From Rhizodiscina lignyota (lineage: Eukaryota): 64,000 nt of DNA. Below are positions 1 to 13,400 of the stretch, piece by piece. The notes under the pieces were generated by a model that did not search any database, was not told the DNA's origin, and saw only the letters and a list, made by a program, of their open reading frames with translations. The DNA is taken from positions 2,976,001 through 3,040,000 of the forward strand of contig ML978123.1 of NCBI GenBank assembly GCA_010015805.1. The letters are read 5' to 3'. Numbering within the stretch: the stretch's first letter is position 1; the number at the start of each line of letters is the position of its first letter. The translations under genes and the position numbers were made by a program.

Positions 1-3000
1 TTCCGTCATGTTCTTCTTCTTCTTCGCATTCGTTGCGTCGTCGTCATCATCTGATTCTCTTTCATTCTCTCGTGCCTCAGCTTCTCTTTCGGCCTCTGAA
101 TCAAGTTCGACACTCGCTTGCCTTTCACTCCTGCCCACGCTCTTTCCAATCTCCGGCAACGCATCATCCTTCGCCGCAGTCTTCAGGAACTTGATGCTGC
201 CCTTCTTCTTTAACTCGTCTCTTGCCATCTTATGCAACATGGGGATAAACTTCGTCTCGAGCGTCTTGAGGACGTCTCGCACAGTGATGACATACTCTTT
301 CGCATACTCGTCACTAGGGAAGAGGTCCAAGCGCACATCGAACGTCTTCGCAGCTGCGTAAGCGACGCCTTTGCCAATCCGTTCCGTCACTTCGACCTTG
401 TCGACAATCTCAGCTATGCTCAGTCGACTGACACCCTTCGCCCAACTAACCGCCTGCTCTTTTGGCAGTGCAGAAAGTGTTCTCAATGCCATAGTCGGCG
501 TCGAAATATGCGCACTAGCGGTCATGACAATTTCCCGCAACCGTGGAATACCCAAGGTGACGTTCTTCGCCGCGTGGCCTGCCAAATGGAACGTGTTCAA
601 CGTCATCTGCGTCGATGGCTCACCGACACTTTGCGCAGCGACGACGCCAACTGCTTCTCCCGGCTCGACAATTGCCTTGAGGTACTTGTGATTCATCAGC
701 ACCTCGAAATTTTTCCTGGGGTGTTTGCCGCTGATGCCTTTCTTCTTGCTATTCAGTTCCTTGTCTGGGTTCTCGTCGCAGTACTTCCTCATGTCGCCAT
801 AGAACTTCTCGCTCGTGCTACCACCATACCTCCCCGGTTGCCACTTGGAGAGAGCAGGATCAGGAACGTCGCCTCCACCGACAGGCTCGCCCTTGGCTTC
901 TGCCTTCCTCACGGCCTTTCGCGCATTCTTCGTATACTCTTCAATCTCTTCGCTTTCATCCGAGACCTTTTTCCATTGGTCCCGCACTCCAGACCCTTCA
1001 AAGTGACTCCAGAAGTTGTTCGCCACGAAGCTGAAGTTGTTCAGATATGTTGCCTTGGCCACATCCAGTCCGTCCTCTCCATAGAGGAACTGGATCATCG
1101 ACCCATCGGCATCTCTGACAGAGGTGTCATACTCAACCCTCAGCCCCTCCATGCCCTTGACCAGACACCGCTGCAAGTATCCTGAGCGCGATGTCTTCAC
1201 AGCGGTATCAATCAAGCCCTCTCGTCCCGCCATAGCATGGAAGTAGTACTCCTGCGGTCTGACTCCCGTCAAGAATCGATCCGATATGTACCCCCCCGCC
1301 CTAAGACTGCTCTCAAAGGGCTTGAAGCAAGGCAGCGTCTTGCCCGAAACCATAGTCGGTACCCTGCGGCCTTCGAGAACTTGTTGTCCGAGATTGCAGC
1401 TGATGAGGTTGGCGTTGACCTGCGAGCCCTTCGCGCCGGAAGAGGTCATGGCTTGCATTTGGTTCTTGGGGAAGGGCTTGTCAAGACCGGCTGGGAGACA
1501 GGCACGCGTGATGTCTGAGGAGAGCTGTGCGGCGCCCGCTTTCATCAGGTCATCGAGGGTGGCTTGCTTTGAGTCGTCGCGCATGACGTCTTCCAGCCGC
1601 CGCAGGAGCTCGGGGTCGGTGGATTGCGGCTTCGTTGGCGCTTGGTCAAGCGAGACGTACTTGGATGCGACTTCGAGACCTAGTGTTTCTGCACCTTTGA
1701 GCTTCTCGAGTCTGTCACGGTTGCCTTTGGGTGTTAGGATCAAGTCTTCGACACCGCAACTAAAAGCGCGGATGTGCAGGACTTTGGTGAGGAGACGCGA
1801 CAAAACGCTTAATAGCCGACCGGCAACGACATGCCCGTAAGTTTCGTAGACTGCATGCACGAGCCCACCCTTTGACGGACCAACTTGCGCTTTGTCGAGG
1901 ATACCGTGAAGCAGATATCCTTCTCGGAAGTGGATGTCTTGTTCCTCTGAACCGTCACCCCATTGCGCTTTCGAGGTTGATGATTTCGAAGTAAGATTAA
2001 GAGGCTGGTGGCCGACGGGGATGAGGTTTTTGAGGACGGTAGTGATCACTTGTTTGCCCGTCCATAGTGGTTTGGGCTTCCATATTGTCGGTGGAATAAC
2101 CTCGAGTCTGCCGGATGCGGTGTGGTTATGCTCTGGTCGAAGAGCAGCATACAGAAGTTGATGGTACTCTTCTTCGTTGAAAAAAGTATCGCGCTTGGTT
2201 AACTGAACGCCCATTGAGATGTGATCCTGAATAAGACCGCGCAGTGGCTTTCCAGCCGTCGCAGAGAGATACTGGTGGTCCGTGTCCGCAATGCTGACAG
2301 CCTCTGCTCTTGCAACCTCATTCTGGGGGAAGTGCATGTTCATTTCGTCGCCGTCAAAATCTGCATTGTAAGTGTTGCAATTCGCGTAATGCATTCGAAT
2401 CGTTCGTTCGGCGGGCAACACTCTTGCACGGTGGGCCATCATAGACGGCTTGTGCAGCGTTGGTTGGCGGTTCATGATGACAATGTCACCATTGTTCAGA
2501 TGCCTATGGACTTTCTTGCCTCTTGTGCCGTTCACATGCGTATTCGATGGTGCCATCAGCTGATTCGCGATCCCAAGTCGCTCATCGGCAGTCTTGTGCT
2601 GCAGATTGATAACCTGGCCATTTTCATTCTCCACCGCTGATGCTCCAGGCCAGACATCCGGCCCATTGACCACGGCCTGATGAAGCTCGTAGTAATTATG
2701 GCTCCCAACAGGCTCCGGATATGTCAATTTCTTTGCGAATACGGGCGGCACTCCAATCTCATTGGTCTCGATGTTTGGGTCGGGAGAAATGACACTACGA
2801 GCAGCAAAGTTGACACGCTTGCCCATCATGTGTTTTCTAAACAGGCCTTCTTTCTTCTCAAGCTTCTGCTTGATCCCATCTTCTACACGCTTCGCTGCAG
2901 CTCCAGTAACTGGACTCTTGGATTTGTCGATGAGAGCGTTGACGTCATCTTGTAGCTTTATCCAATCTCTTTGCAAGTGATCTATAGTTCGTCGTTGTCG

Positions 3001-4427
3001 GCCACTTTCGAGTACATCTGGCCCGTCAGCCAAGATTTCTTCTTGAATCTGTCGAATCGTGTCTGCGTCGTTTATGATGTTCTTGTAGAGTGTATTTTGA
3101 GGCGCCTCGGCGATCTCGTCGTTTCCAGTCTTTGCTTCTGGTCGAAACCTGTTTGGTGGAACTAACAGGGTCTTGATGAAGAACATATTTGCGCTAGGTC
3201 GCTGAAGACGCCCATTTTTTGACCTTGAGCCGTATACTAGGCCGAGTACTTCCGCTTCCTGCTCAAATAACAGACTCAATGAAGCGTGAACTTCGTCTGC
3301 GTGGATAAACTCTTGCTTTGTGTCTGCAGCGGTCTTTGATTTCCGTGCTTTCGCGGTAGTCGTGGCTGTGATTACATCTGATGCATTGATGACCGCAGAG
3401 TCACCGTCACTTTCGGAGTCCTCACCGTTGATATCCTCGCCATCGTCCTCAGAACTCGGTTCTGGACTCTCCATATCTGCAATGCCTTCATCAACATGCC
3501 CATTGGGCATTTTGTCGTGCTTCTTTTTGGCCATCTGCGCAGCCCTCTCTCGCTTCGCCAGGATTGCCGTCGCACTCTCCACTCTCTTGCCAGCCTGAGC
3601 CATTGCAGCTTTCTCCTTATCCGTAAGAGACTTGCGAAAGATTTTTGCAAATCTATCCTTCCTGTACTTCGGCGAGATACCCTGGCAGCTTTTGCAGTTT
3701 CTCACCTGGCTGATCTTCCACAGAAACTCTTTGATAACAGTGCGTCGCGCCTGGCCGATAGCTTCGACTTTTTCGCTTGATAAGTCTGCTCTTCTGCCTT
3801 CACGTCCTGCGAGCTTGATTGCCCTCTGGACGAATGTATGTCTCTTCTCGATTACAGTATCTCGATCATTGTCCGAGTCGCTCGATGACTCTTCAGCCAG
3901 CGCCAGCGTTGGGGCACCAGCAGCCTTGTATCTCTTCTCAAACGTTCCCAGCAAATGCAAATCGTCGACTTGTTCTGCTTCGTTGAGGAGGCCGTGTCGG
4001 AGGAGTCGTAGCTTGCAGGCGAATCGGTTGGCCTCGACTCTCGAGAGCCGAAACCGATGGCAATATATGCACTGCGCATTGAGTAGTCGCAGGGTCTGGT
4101 CCATATAATTGGGATGGTATACGTGAACGGGCAGCTCGATATGGCCGCAGTGGCCAGGGCATGAGAAGCGATTCAGTTTGCATGTTGTACAACTATTTGA
4201 TATTAGATCATACCTCCATATCATGGGAATATAATTTAAGCTTACGCTGCATCTCCAAAGGCGCCTAATGCAGTATCATACATGCCCCCGGGCACAGGAT
4301 GGAGCAACGAGTCGAAAGTGGTGCCATTTACGATGCGCTTTACTGATATGGATTTGATCTCTTCCTCGGTGAGAAAACCAAAGTCAACCCCCGAAATCGA
4401 GGAGAAGACCGGTTTGGAGATATTCAT
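1..4427 (-). CDS. RPA190: DNA-directed RNA polymerase I largest subunit (3' end runs off the window)
   Basis: ATG at 4427 (MNISKPVFSSISGVDFGFL). Removing a GT-AG intron at 4245-4193 restores the Zn motif CTTCKLNRFSCPGHCGHIEL. The frame continues through KKEGLFRKHMMGKRVNFAARSVISPDP, NRQPTLHKPSMM and the catalytic YNADFDGDEMNMH. Confidence 0.97.
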
Positions 4428-4630
4428 TGCGATTCGGGCCTGCTACCGAGCTCTTAACATGGTGTTCGTGGATAATTCACACGGTGATGCGTGAAAGTGG
4501 CATGTGCTGAACTTTTTCAGAGCTTGAAAAGTTCTGCCGCTTCTCGCCGCCTTTTCTTTGAAGGCTTCCATCTAGCCCTCTCCTCACGACACGTCAAACG
4601 ACCTCGCATCAACCACCAAAACACCACAAA
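4428..4630. promoter_or_regulatory. ~200 bp bidirectional promoter between RPA190 and PRP3
   Basis: Head-to-head ATGs at 4427(-) and 4631(+). Confidence 0.75.
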
Positions 4631-6403
4631 ATGCCCGAAAAACGCGCACACGAGGGCAACGGCCCAGATAGCGCAAGCAAACGCGCTCGCCCCGAAGGTG
4701 CCTCTCCTGCCACGAATGGCGCCAACGGAGCTCCATCCAAAGGAGACCTGGCGAAGGCCATCGCCGAAGCTCGCGCAAAAGTCGCAGCAAGGAAAGCTGG
4801 TCTTACAGCAACTCACAGCGGCGCGCACTCTCCAGCACCAGCTGTAGGCTCTCCGGCGGGTGCAGCATCTCCGGCCGCAGCCTCGCCTGCAGACGCCGGA
4901 CGCGCGAGACTGGAAGCTATCAAAGCGAAGATTGCTGCCGCAACTGCTGCCAAATCCCAACCCGTCGCCGCTCAATACTCTCCTGCGCCTGCCTTCGAAC
5001 CACCTCCTGAACATGATGATGGATTTGACAAGGCTCATGGAGGATTGGGTATCGGCTTACACCCAGCACTCTTGGACAACAGTGTTCAGGATGCGCGTTC
5101 CAAGTCACGACAGGCCATGGCACCCAAGTTTGCTACGACAATGGCAAACCGCCGGACTGAGTCTCCTGTCCAAGGAGCAGACAAGAAGGGCAAGAAGAAG
5201 CAGCTCGACCTGTCTGGCCCGAACATGGAGGAGGTGAAAGCGAATCCGTACTTCGACTCATCAATCGGTGGAGTGTCTGCTGCCTCGGCGCGACCAAGGC
5301 AGTCGAGACAGCTCATATTCAATCAAAAGGGAAAGTACATCGCGCAAGCAAATGCGTTACGCAGGCAGGCAGCGCTGGAGGCGATGAAGAAGCGCATTGC
5401 CGATCAGGCGCGGAAGGTCGGATTGGAAGAGGATAATGAGAAGGGATTCTTGGTTCCTGCGCCGCCTGACGTCGAATGGTGGGACGAGGGACTGCTCGAC
5501 AGCAAGGATTATGAGGACTTGGACAAGCCGGGCAAGATGAAGCTCGACACGGAGGATAGCATCATCACGATATACGTGCAGCACCCCGTGCAACTCCAGC
5601 CGCCGCAGGATAAGAACGCGCCGGCTCCGAAGCCTATGTTTCTCACGAAAACGGAACAGGCGAAGCTTCGACGACAGAGGAGAATGGCAGAGCACAAGGA
5701 GCAGCAGGCGAAGATTCGGTTGGGTCTGGAGCCCCCACCACCACCAAAGGTCAAGAAGAGCAATCTGATGCGCGTGTTGGGCGAGCAAGCCGTCAAAGAT
5801 CCCACAGCTGTCGAAGCTCGCGTCAACCGAGAGATTGCCGAGCGAGCCGCGAAGCACCACGAGACCAACGAGGAGCGCAAATTGACGAAAGAGCAACGAC
5901 ACGAGAAGCTCGAGGCCCAGAAAGCCGCCGATGCGGCGAAAGGAATTCTTGTATCTGTGTACAGGGTCGATAATCTGAGCTTCGGTAAGCACAGATACCA
6001 GATTGACATCAACGCAAAGCAAAATGACCTCACGGGGATCTGCATTGTGCACCCCAAGCAGAACCTCATCATTGTGGAAGGCGGAACACACAGTATCAAT
6101 GGCTACAGGAAGCTCATGCTGAACCGCGTCAAGTGGACTGAGAACTCGCAGCCGATGAGCGTGCGGGAGGGGAATCGCGAGGTGGAGCAGGCGTGGCTAC
6201 AGAGTGTGGATGAGAAGGGTGAGCTGAGGGATCTGAGCATGAACAAGTGCCTTATGGTTTGGGAGGGGCAGGAGCGGGCGAGGCAGTTCAAGAGGTGGTT
6301 TGGTGTTAAGGTGTGTGAGACCGATGGCGAAGCGAGGGATGTGTTGAAGAAGAGTGGCATGGAGAACATGTGGACCTTGGCGAAGAGTATGGGTTCAAAT
6401 TGA
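4631..6403 (+). CDS. PRP3: U4/U6 snRNP protein Prp3
   Basis: 590-aa intronless ORF with Prp3 hallmarks: VEWWD, IYVQHP, PMFLTKTEQAKLRRQRR, KIRLGLEPPPPPKVKKSNLMRVLGEQAVKDPT, and the C-terminal LIIVEGG...YRKLMLNRVKW domain. Confidence 0.96.
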   Translation: MPEKRAHEGNGPDSASKRARPEGASPATNGANGAPSKGDLAKAIAEARAKVAARKAGLTATHSGAHSPAPAVGSPAGAASPAAASPADAGRARLEAIKAKIAAATAAKSQPVAAQYSPAPAFEPPPEHDDGFDKAHGGLGIGLHPALLDNSVQDARSKSRQAMAPKFATTMANRRTESPVQGADKKGKKKQLDLSGPNMEEVKANPYFDSSIGGVSAASARPRQSRQLIFNQKGKYIAQANALRRQAALEAMKKRIADQARKVGLEEDNEKGFLVPAPPDVEWWDEGLLDSKDYEDLDKPGKMKLDTEDSIITIYVQHPVQLQPPQDKNAPAPKPMFLTKTEQAKLRRQRRMAEHKEQQAKIRLGLEPPPPPKVKKSNLMRVLGEQAVKDPTAVEARVNREIAERAAKHHETNEERKLTKEQRHEKLEAQKAADAAKGILVSVYRVDNLSFGKHRYQIDINAKQNDLTGICIVHPKQNLIIVEGGTHSINGYRKLMLNRVKWTENSQPMSVREGNREVEQAWLQSVDEKGELRDLSMNKCLMVWEGQERARQFKRWFGVKVCETDGEARDVLKKSGMENMWTLAKSMGSN

Positions 6404-6806
6404 AGGGCTCCACACTGCACTGCTCCACAACTGGACTTTGTTTCCTCTTTTTCTTTTTTCATGAGCACGAGGCGGATACATAACAATTCATGCTTGATAG
6501 CTTCGTGTGTCTGTTTTAAGTACCCAAATTTGTTTTTCCCATCAGTCTGAAAGACAGGAGCTGAACCGAAAGAATGTAGTCGAAGGGGTGGCTTATTAAG
6601 TGAACTCTTTTGGAAGAAGAATTGAAAATTGATTTTCTGGCTTATATTGCGACCCTAGAGCCGCACGAAATAAACAAACACAATTAAAAGAAGACATTAA
6701 CAACCCTATGGAATCAAAACACCATTGCCATGCTCGGTGAAATGCTTGACCTCAGCTGCTACCGCATTTCTACTACGCTGAGCAGAAGAACCCGATGACA
6801 CGCTCT

Positions 6807-7601
6807 TTACCACTTGTTCTTTGGAATCTTGCACTTCCTCAAGCACTGCTCAATCCCCAGCGCCACGTTTGCCGGGATCTGCGCCCTGAACTTCTCAATG
6901 TCCTTCCCATCAATATGCCTCGGGAATCCGAGTGTCGCCTCCACAACATCCGCATCAAGTCCAAAGAAGCCCTGCGCAATCTGGTTGGTGCCCGGGTCTT
7001 CGGCGTTCAGGTTCGCAACAAACACCGCCGGGTGGCATTCCGTGTTGACTTGGTAGTGGATGCTGCCCTGCGGGAACACGGTGCCCTGGAACTTCTTCAA
7101 GTGTGTTGTCACCTCGCCGGTCCCCTTGCCTGGTGCGAGGATCTTGTTCTCGAGGATCATGCCTGTGTCGATCTCGCCCTCGACGACCGTGAGCATCTCC
7201 GTGGCTCTAGGATGGACATGAGCTGTGTTCATGCCGCATGCGTCGAGGAAGCCAAGGGTAGTTGAGATGCCGAGATCCTTGAGGATCGGGAATGAAGAGA
7301 CGTCTGCTCCAGCAGTGGCGCCTCCCTTTGCGCCTGGGTTAGGCTTCGCGGCCTTCTTGAAGTCGAAGACGGTGCGGGCACGGAGGGCTTCGCCCTCGAG
7401 GAGTTCGCCGTCGTCGCCGACGAGGAGGGTCTGGAAGCGCTCGACAGCGGTGGAGGTGAGCGCGAGCTCTTTGAGCAAGTCCGCATTGGCGTTTGGAGCG
7501 GGAGCAGCGGCTGCTGGCCCAGCAGGCTTCATCTGAGGAGCAGCCTGAACGGCAGTAGCTGCAAGGGCAGCAAGGAGGATCTTAGCGATAGTGGGAGACA
7601 T
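6807..7601 (-). CDS. Secreted spherulin-1/germin-like cupin protein
   Basis: 264 aa, signal peptide-like N-terminus, germin boxes CGMNTAHVHPRATE and FPQGSIHYQVN, C-terminal CxxxC. Confidence 0.9.
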   Translation of the reverse strand: MSPTIAKILLAALAATAVQAAPQMKPAGPAAAAPAPNANADLLKELALTSTAVERFQTLLVGDDGELLEGEALRARTVFDFKKAAKPNPGAKGGATAGADVSSFPILKDLGISTTLGFLDACGMNTAHVHPRATEMLTVVEGEIDTGMILENKILAPGKGTGEVTTHLKKFQGTVFPQGSIHYQVNTECHPAVFVANLNAEDPGTNQIAQGFFGLDADVVEATLGFPRHIDGKDIEKFRAQIPANVALGIEQCLRKCKIPKNKW

Positions 7602-8401
7602 TATGATTATTGGGTTTTTGATGTTCCAAAAGAAGGTGTAGTAATGAAAGAAAGAAACAAGGAGAGAGAATAAATGAAGGGAACGAAAGCTTTGATGTTT
7701 GGATTTCTGCTGGATTTCTGATGGGGAGAAAAGTCATAGAGATCCAACTCCAGGTATGTACTTATACTCTCACTCCGAATCGTTACCCCCCTTTGCTTGC
7801 CATGTCTTCATATCATCTCCAAGAGTTTTTGGCCTCTATTGACCGCATTTGACCTAATTCGACCGTCTTGATGTCGTTCTGGAGTGATGGCCAAGGTCAG
7901 CAAATTCTAAAGATGGCTAAAGGACCGGAAATGAGTGTTAGCAAACAAAGACCGCACAAATTTGGAGGCTGAGCAAGCAGTTCGGTTGTTGAAGTCGGTG
8001 CGTTCGCGATACGAATATGTAAGCGGCCAAGTACTGTCCAGAGGAGCTGGAGTGCCACTCCTCTGGGCGGAATATCTTGACCGCTCCGACGGTCTTGGCC
8101 CTACGAAAATAGCGACAGAAAGTCTTGGCGGGAACGGAAATCTAAAAAAGCTCCTTGTAAAGGGTGCTCAGAGGAGAAGGTTAATTGGGGGGCAGTCAAA
8201 GGTGAGCACGGAAAAGAGATCTAATGAAGACTACGGAAATCCTCCGCTCCGCTATGCAAGGTACCCGATTGAAATGCACAAACGCTTGAACGCAAAATCA
8301 TATCATGAACAAGCTTGCAGGCGCTCATGCCTCCCAATGCACGTAACTTCGTCCAGTTGGTCATAAATCGTTGCGCGTCCATGTTATCTTTGTTCCAATA
8401 T

Positions 8402-9358
8402 TCAATCTTCTTCCGCTGCCTCTGTATCTGAGTCTGAGTCTGAGTCCGACTCCGAGTCTGAATCTATTTTCATCGGATCAGGGCCTGGGACGCTATAGAA
8501 TGGCATCATGCTCCAGTCGATTGGAGAATATGATGGTGGCGGATCGACCCAGTCCGTTTCGTCGTCAGGCTCGTCAACTTCGGTGATACGCTCAGGGGGC
8601 GGGTCGTCAAAAATGAGCGAAGTGCGATCGTTCGGCCTGCTGAGCCTACGCTTCACTCTGCGTGCACTTGCGCCGACTTCATTGAAATCAAGATATTTTG
8701 TGTCTTCGTCGTCCATGTCGCTTCCAACGCTCTCACTGAAGGTTCTTTTCGATCTGATGCTGCGTCGCTTCTTCTTCTTTTCATTGTAACGCCGCACTTC
8801 CTTCTCTTCCTGCTCCTCATCGTCACAATGGAGGTCTCGAAGTTGTTTGACCACGTCTGTCTCCTCGTCGTGATACGAGCTGGGCGCTCTTACGCTATCA
8901 GCATCTTCGCAATCGTCCGGCCGCAAGATCCCGCTGCGGTTCATGTATCTAGGGTCATCCTCGGGAATCTCTTCAATGACGAGCTCAAAGTCATCCCGTT
9001 GTCTCTGTCTTAAAGAAGGCGGGATGGAAGAAGCGTCGCTGAGAGAATCGATCTCAGGTGTTGCACGGTGGCGGCCCGGCGAATCGTCGAGCCCAGACGC
9101 TGTTGATGGGCGAGATAGATTTCTAGGAACGAACAGGTTTTCAGGAGTTGCTGGTCGTGATCGTGAGTGTTGGCTGCTTCCGTTGTCTGATGGGGGCGAG
9201 AAATTTCCTCCGTACAACGCCATGCGTTTCCAATTGGGATTGGGCGGAGGCACTCCGCGGATCCGGTGGCCCGATTCATGCGAATTCGGGGTTATCGGGG
9301 GCGATGAAGGGTGATGGATAGGTGTTGCCATCACCTCAGCCGCTATAGGTCCTTCCAT
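8402..9358 (-). CDS. Hypothetical low-complexity, probably nuclear protein
   Basis: Long open frame (ATG 9358 or 9331), Ser/Pro/Asp-rich, basic cluster KKKKRRSIRSKR, acidic DS-repeat tail. No family recognised. Confidence 0.75.
   Translation of the reverse strand: MEGPIAAEVMATPIHHPSSPPITPNSHESGHRIRGVPPPNPNWKRMALYGGNFSPPSDNGSSQHSRSRPATPENLFVPRNLSRPSTASGLDDSPGRHRATPEIDSLSDASSIPPSLRQRQRDDFELVIEEIPEDDPRYMNRSGILRPDDCEDADSVRAPSSYHDEETDVVKQLRDLHCDDEEQEEKEVRRYNEKKKKRRSIRSKRTFSESVGSDMDDEDTKYLDFNEVGASARRVKRRLSRPNDRTSLIFDDPPPERITEVDEPDDETDWVDPPPSYSPIDWSMMPFYSVPGPDPMKIDSDSESDSDSDSDTEAAEED
8421..8464. repeat. Degenerate hexamer microsatellite (TCTGAG)n encoding DSDSESDSDSDSD
   Basis: tctgtatctgagtctgagtctgagtccgactccgagtctgaatc. 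Confidence 0.8.
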
Positions 9359-10442
9359 GATTGTGTAATAAGACAGCATAAGAATTGATTGATACAGCCT
9401 TCCAAATGACTTCGTTGTGGCCTTTGGCACGTGGGCCGGATGTTGCTAAGGCGTAGCGCGATAACGCGTGAATGAGATGAAAAGTCGGTTTAAAAATCTG
9501 CTGTGTGTGACAAGTAACATCGTGATGCCTTCGGACTAAACGTCTTCTACTTTATGGTGCGCCTGGAGACAGACAGGCCGCAACAATGGAGGAGAAGGAC
9601 TCGCCAAGAACTTAGCCTATTAGACCGGTGGACTCCAGGCCGATGGCAGGTGGACGATCAGAGTGTCGAATGAGGATAGGACACAAGTTTTCAGGGCGTA
9701 TTTAGACTCGAGAGGGACAGTCAGACTCGCAGGGCAGGTGGTTGAATGGAAAGTCAGGCATAAATGGTGGAAATTTGATACCAAAAGTAACGTCCGCGAG
9801 GCGGCGGGTGCGAGCATGAAAAATGATGTATTCTGGATCCCTTGCTTGACGTGATGACTCGTATCTGGGTGCGAAAAGCGCTGCTCGAGTGCTATGCATA
9901 AGATATTCGCCGGGTTTCCCTGCACGACGTCGTCGCCTTGTGCGTTGGCCCCTCTAGCCAGCCGCGCTTTTGTCGATTTCTGTCCTTTTGCAGGGCAACT
10001 GGCCAATTGGATAGGCCACGCCGCGGAACTTGGGCAGCATTATGCAGCAGCTCGCCGCTCAATCGACCCAACTACTGATGCAGCGGAGGATGGGGGAAAA
10101 GGAAGTACGGCAAAGGCGGCCGGCGGTATTCGACGCCTCAGATCCTACAATCACGTGCGCAGAAGCGAATGTGTGATGCGCGGGGACACGTTGTTCCAAT
10201 CCGTGGAGTCGCCAAGACATGTTTGTCCCAAACGCAAACATGCACTGATGTCTTGGCAATCGTTTGCGAATTGTGGCAGCTTGAGCTGGTGAAGGCGGAG
10301 CGCCGCAGCTCAATTCTATACCTTGCTTAAACAATAACACTTGTCTCATAATTGCGAAGAAAGCACTTCTCCGCCTTCTCTCGCCATATTGAAGTTCTCC
10401 GCATTTTCCTGAAGCTGCGGCTTCACCTCCACTCTCGACACC

Positions 10443-13400
10443 ATGCAGAACGGTAACATGCTGACGAAGGTTGGAACTTCTGTCCAGCGATTACTACTGG
10501 GAGCTGATCGCCATGCTATGTAGTTCGAATCCAAATCCTCTCGAGCGAAAGGCATAGCGTTCCATCCAAAGCGGTAAGACCCTGCAATGTATTATCCCAC
10601 CCCTTGACTCCAGCTGCTAATTGCAAGCAGACCATGGATACTTGTCTCCCTCCACTCTTCCACGATTCAGCTGTGGGACTACCGCATGGGAACGTTGATA
10701 GACAGATTTGAGGAGCATGATGGACCAGTTCGCGGGATCGACTTCCATAAGACCCAGCCGCTCTTCGTGTCCGGCGGTGACGACTACAAGATCAAGGTGT
10801 GGTCATACCAAACTCGAAGATGCCTCTTCACTCTGAATGGACATTTGGATTATGTTCGCACCGTGTTTTTCCACCATGAACTTCCTTGGATCCTCTCTTC
10901 TTCAGATGACCAGACAATAAGGATATGGAATTGGCAGAACAGGTCACTCAGTAAGGACTCGACCTTGTGTCTTTGGCCGCTTTCTAATTGACCTTCTAGT
11001 CTGCACCATGACCGGCCACAACCACTACACCATGTGCGCACAGTTCCACCCGAAAGAAGACCTGATCGTCTCCGCTTCCCTCGATCAGTCAGTACGCGTC
11101 TGGGATATCTCAGGTCTACGCAAGAAACACTCCGCTCCAACTTCCATGACCTTCGAAGACCAGATGGCTCGAGCCAACGCGAACCAGGCAGATATGTTTG
11201 GCAATACAGATGCGGTGGTTAAATTTGTCTTGGAAGGGCATGACCGAGGCGTCAATTGGGTGGCTTTTCACCCCACACTTCCATTGATCGTGTCTGCCGG
11301 TGACGATAGGCTGGTCAAGCTTTGGCGTATGAGTGAGACGAAAGCCTGGGAAGTGGATACCTGTCGCGGTCACTTCCAGAACGTTTCTGCCTGCCTCTTC
11401 CATCCGCACCAGGACCTAATCCTTTCTGTTGGCGAAGACAAGACCGTTCGCGTATGGGATCTGAACAAGCGCACTTCTGTGCAGTCTTTTAAGCGCGAGA
11501 ATGATCGCTTTTGGGTGATTGCTGCTCACCCGGAAATCAACCTCTTTGCTGCTGGCCACGATAATGGCGTCATGGTCTTTAAGCTCGAGCGAGAACGCCC
11601 AGCATCAGCTGTTTATCAGAACCAGCTCTTCTATATCACCAAGGAGAAACACGTCCGGATGTATGACTTCGCCAAGAATGTCGAGTCGCCGTCTATGCTG
11701 TCGCTGAAGAAGCTCGGTGCTCCATGGACCCCCCCTCGGACATTATCATACAACCCAGCGGAGCGCGCTATTCTCGTGACGTCTCCAGCTGACAGTGGAT
11801 GCTACGAGCTTGTTAGCTTACCTCGCGATGCGAGCGGTGCTGTTGAGCCCACAGACACGAAGCGTGGACAAGGTAACTCCGCTGTCTTCGTCGCTCGTAA
11901 TCGCTTTGCAGTGTTCAACCAGGCAAATCAGCAGATCGACATCAAGGATCTTACCAACTCCACGACGAAAACCATCAAACCACCACATGGAACAACAGAC
12001 ATCTATTTTGGCGGCACAGGCTGTCTTCTCCTTATTACTGCAACGTCTGTTGTGCTTTACGATATTCAGCAGAAGAAGCAGCTTGCGGAGCTGGCTGTCA
12101 ATGGTGTAAAGTACGTTGTGTGGTCGTCGGATGGATTGCATGCAGCTCTCCTCAGCAAGCACAACGTTACTATCGTCACCAAGTCCCTTCAGCAAGTCAG
12201 TACGCTTCATGAGACTATCCGAATTAAGAGCGCGACTTGGGACGACGCTGGTGTTCTACTCTACTCCACCCTCAATCATATCAAGTACACTCTCATGAAT
12301 GGAGACAATGGGATCGTGCGTACGCTCGAGCACACCGTATACCTTGTTAGGGTTAAGGGAAGGAATGTCTATTGCCTCGATCGCGCAGCTAAGCCTAAGA
12401 TCCTCCAAATCGACCCAACCGAGTATCGTTTCAAGCTCGCCTTGGTGAAACGGAACTACGAGGAGATGCTCAATATCATCCGTACTTCGAGTCTCGTCGG
12501 CCAAAGCATCATTTCCTACTTGCAGAAGAAGGGCTATCCAGAAATTGCGCTTCAGTTCGTGCAGGACCCCCAAACAAGGTTTGAGCTCGCAATTGAGTGC
12601 GGAAATCTGGATGTGGCCGTCGAGATGGCGAAGCAGCTTGACCGACCGCTGCTCTGGCAGCGCCTGAGCACCGAAGCACTTGCCCATGGCAACCATCAGG
12701 TTGTCGAGATGACCTACCAGAAGTTGCGGAATTTCGACAAGCTCTCCTTCCTTTACCTCGCAACTGGCGAGCAGGACAAACTCCGCAGGATGGCAAAGAT
12801 TGCAGAACACCGTGGTGATATGACGTCTCGCTTCCAGAATGCACTATACCTCAACGACGTCGAGAACAGAATAGAAATGTTCAAGGAGATTGACCTTTAC
12901 CCGCTGGCATACATAACAGCCAAGTCGCATGGTCTTGAAGACCAATGCAAGGATATACTGGAAGCCAGTGGCTTTACGGAAGATCAAATATCTCTGCCAT
13001 CTGTTGGACAACCACTTGCACCGCCAAAACCTGTCGTGCCGACTTTCAAAGCGAACTGGCCTACAAAGAGCACTTCCAGCTCAACATTCGAGAAGGCGCT
13101 GCTTGGTGAGGTCGAAGGCCTTGACGAGGCCCCGACTGCAAATGGCTATGACGAGAGCGATCTACTTGAACCAGATGTCCCGAAGGCCGCAAACGGTGAA
13201 CTTGACATTGGCGAGGAGGACGAAGACGCTGAGGGTTGGGATATGGGAGACGATGTAGATGCTGAAGTAGAAGGCGACTTCGTCAATGTCGAGACCGCCG
13301 AGGCTGGTGCTGGCAGCAGTGAGGCGGATCTGTGGGCACGAAATTCGCCTATTGCGGCAGATCACATTGCTGCTGGATCTTTCGAAACAGCAATGCAGCT

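Noticed and set aside
8..4108. Long plus-strand ORFs (e.g. 232-1185, 317 aa)
   Set aside because: Antisense shadows of RPA190; no recognisable motifs.
10523..10535. B-box-like GTTCGAATCC
   Set aside because: Lies at the COP1 exon 2 junction encoding FES; no A box or cloverleaf.
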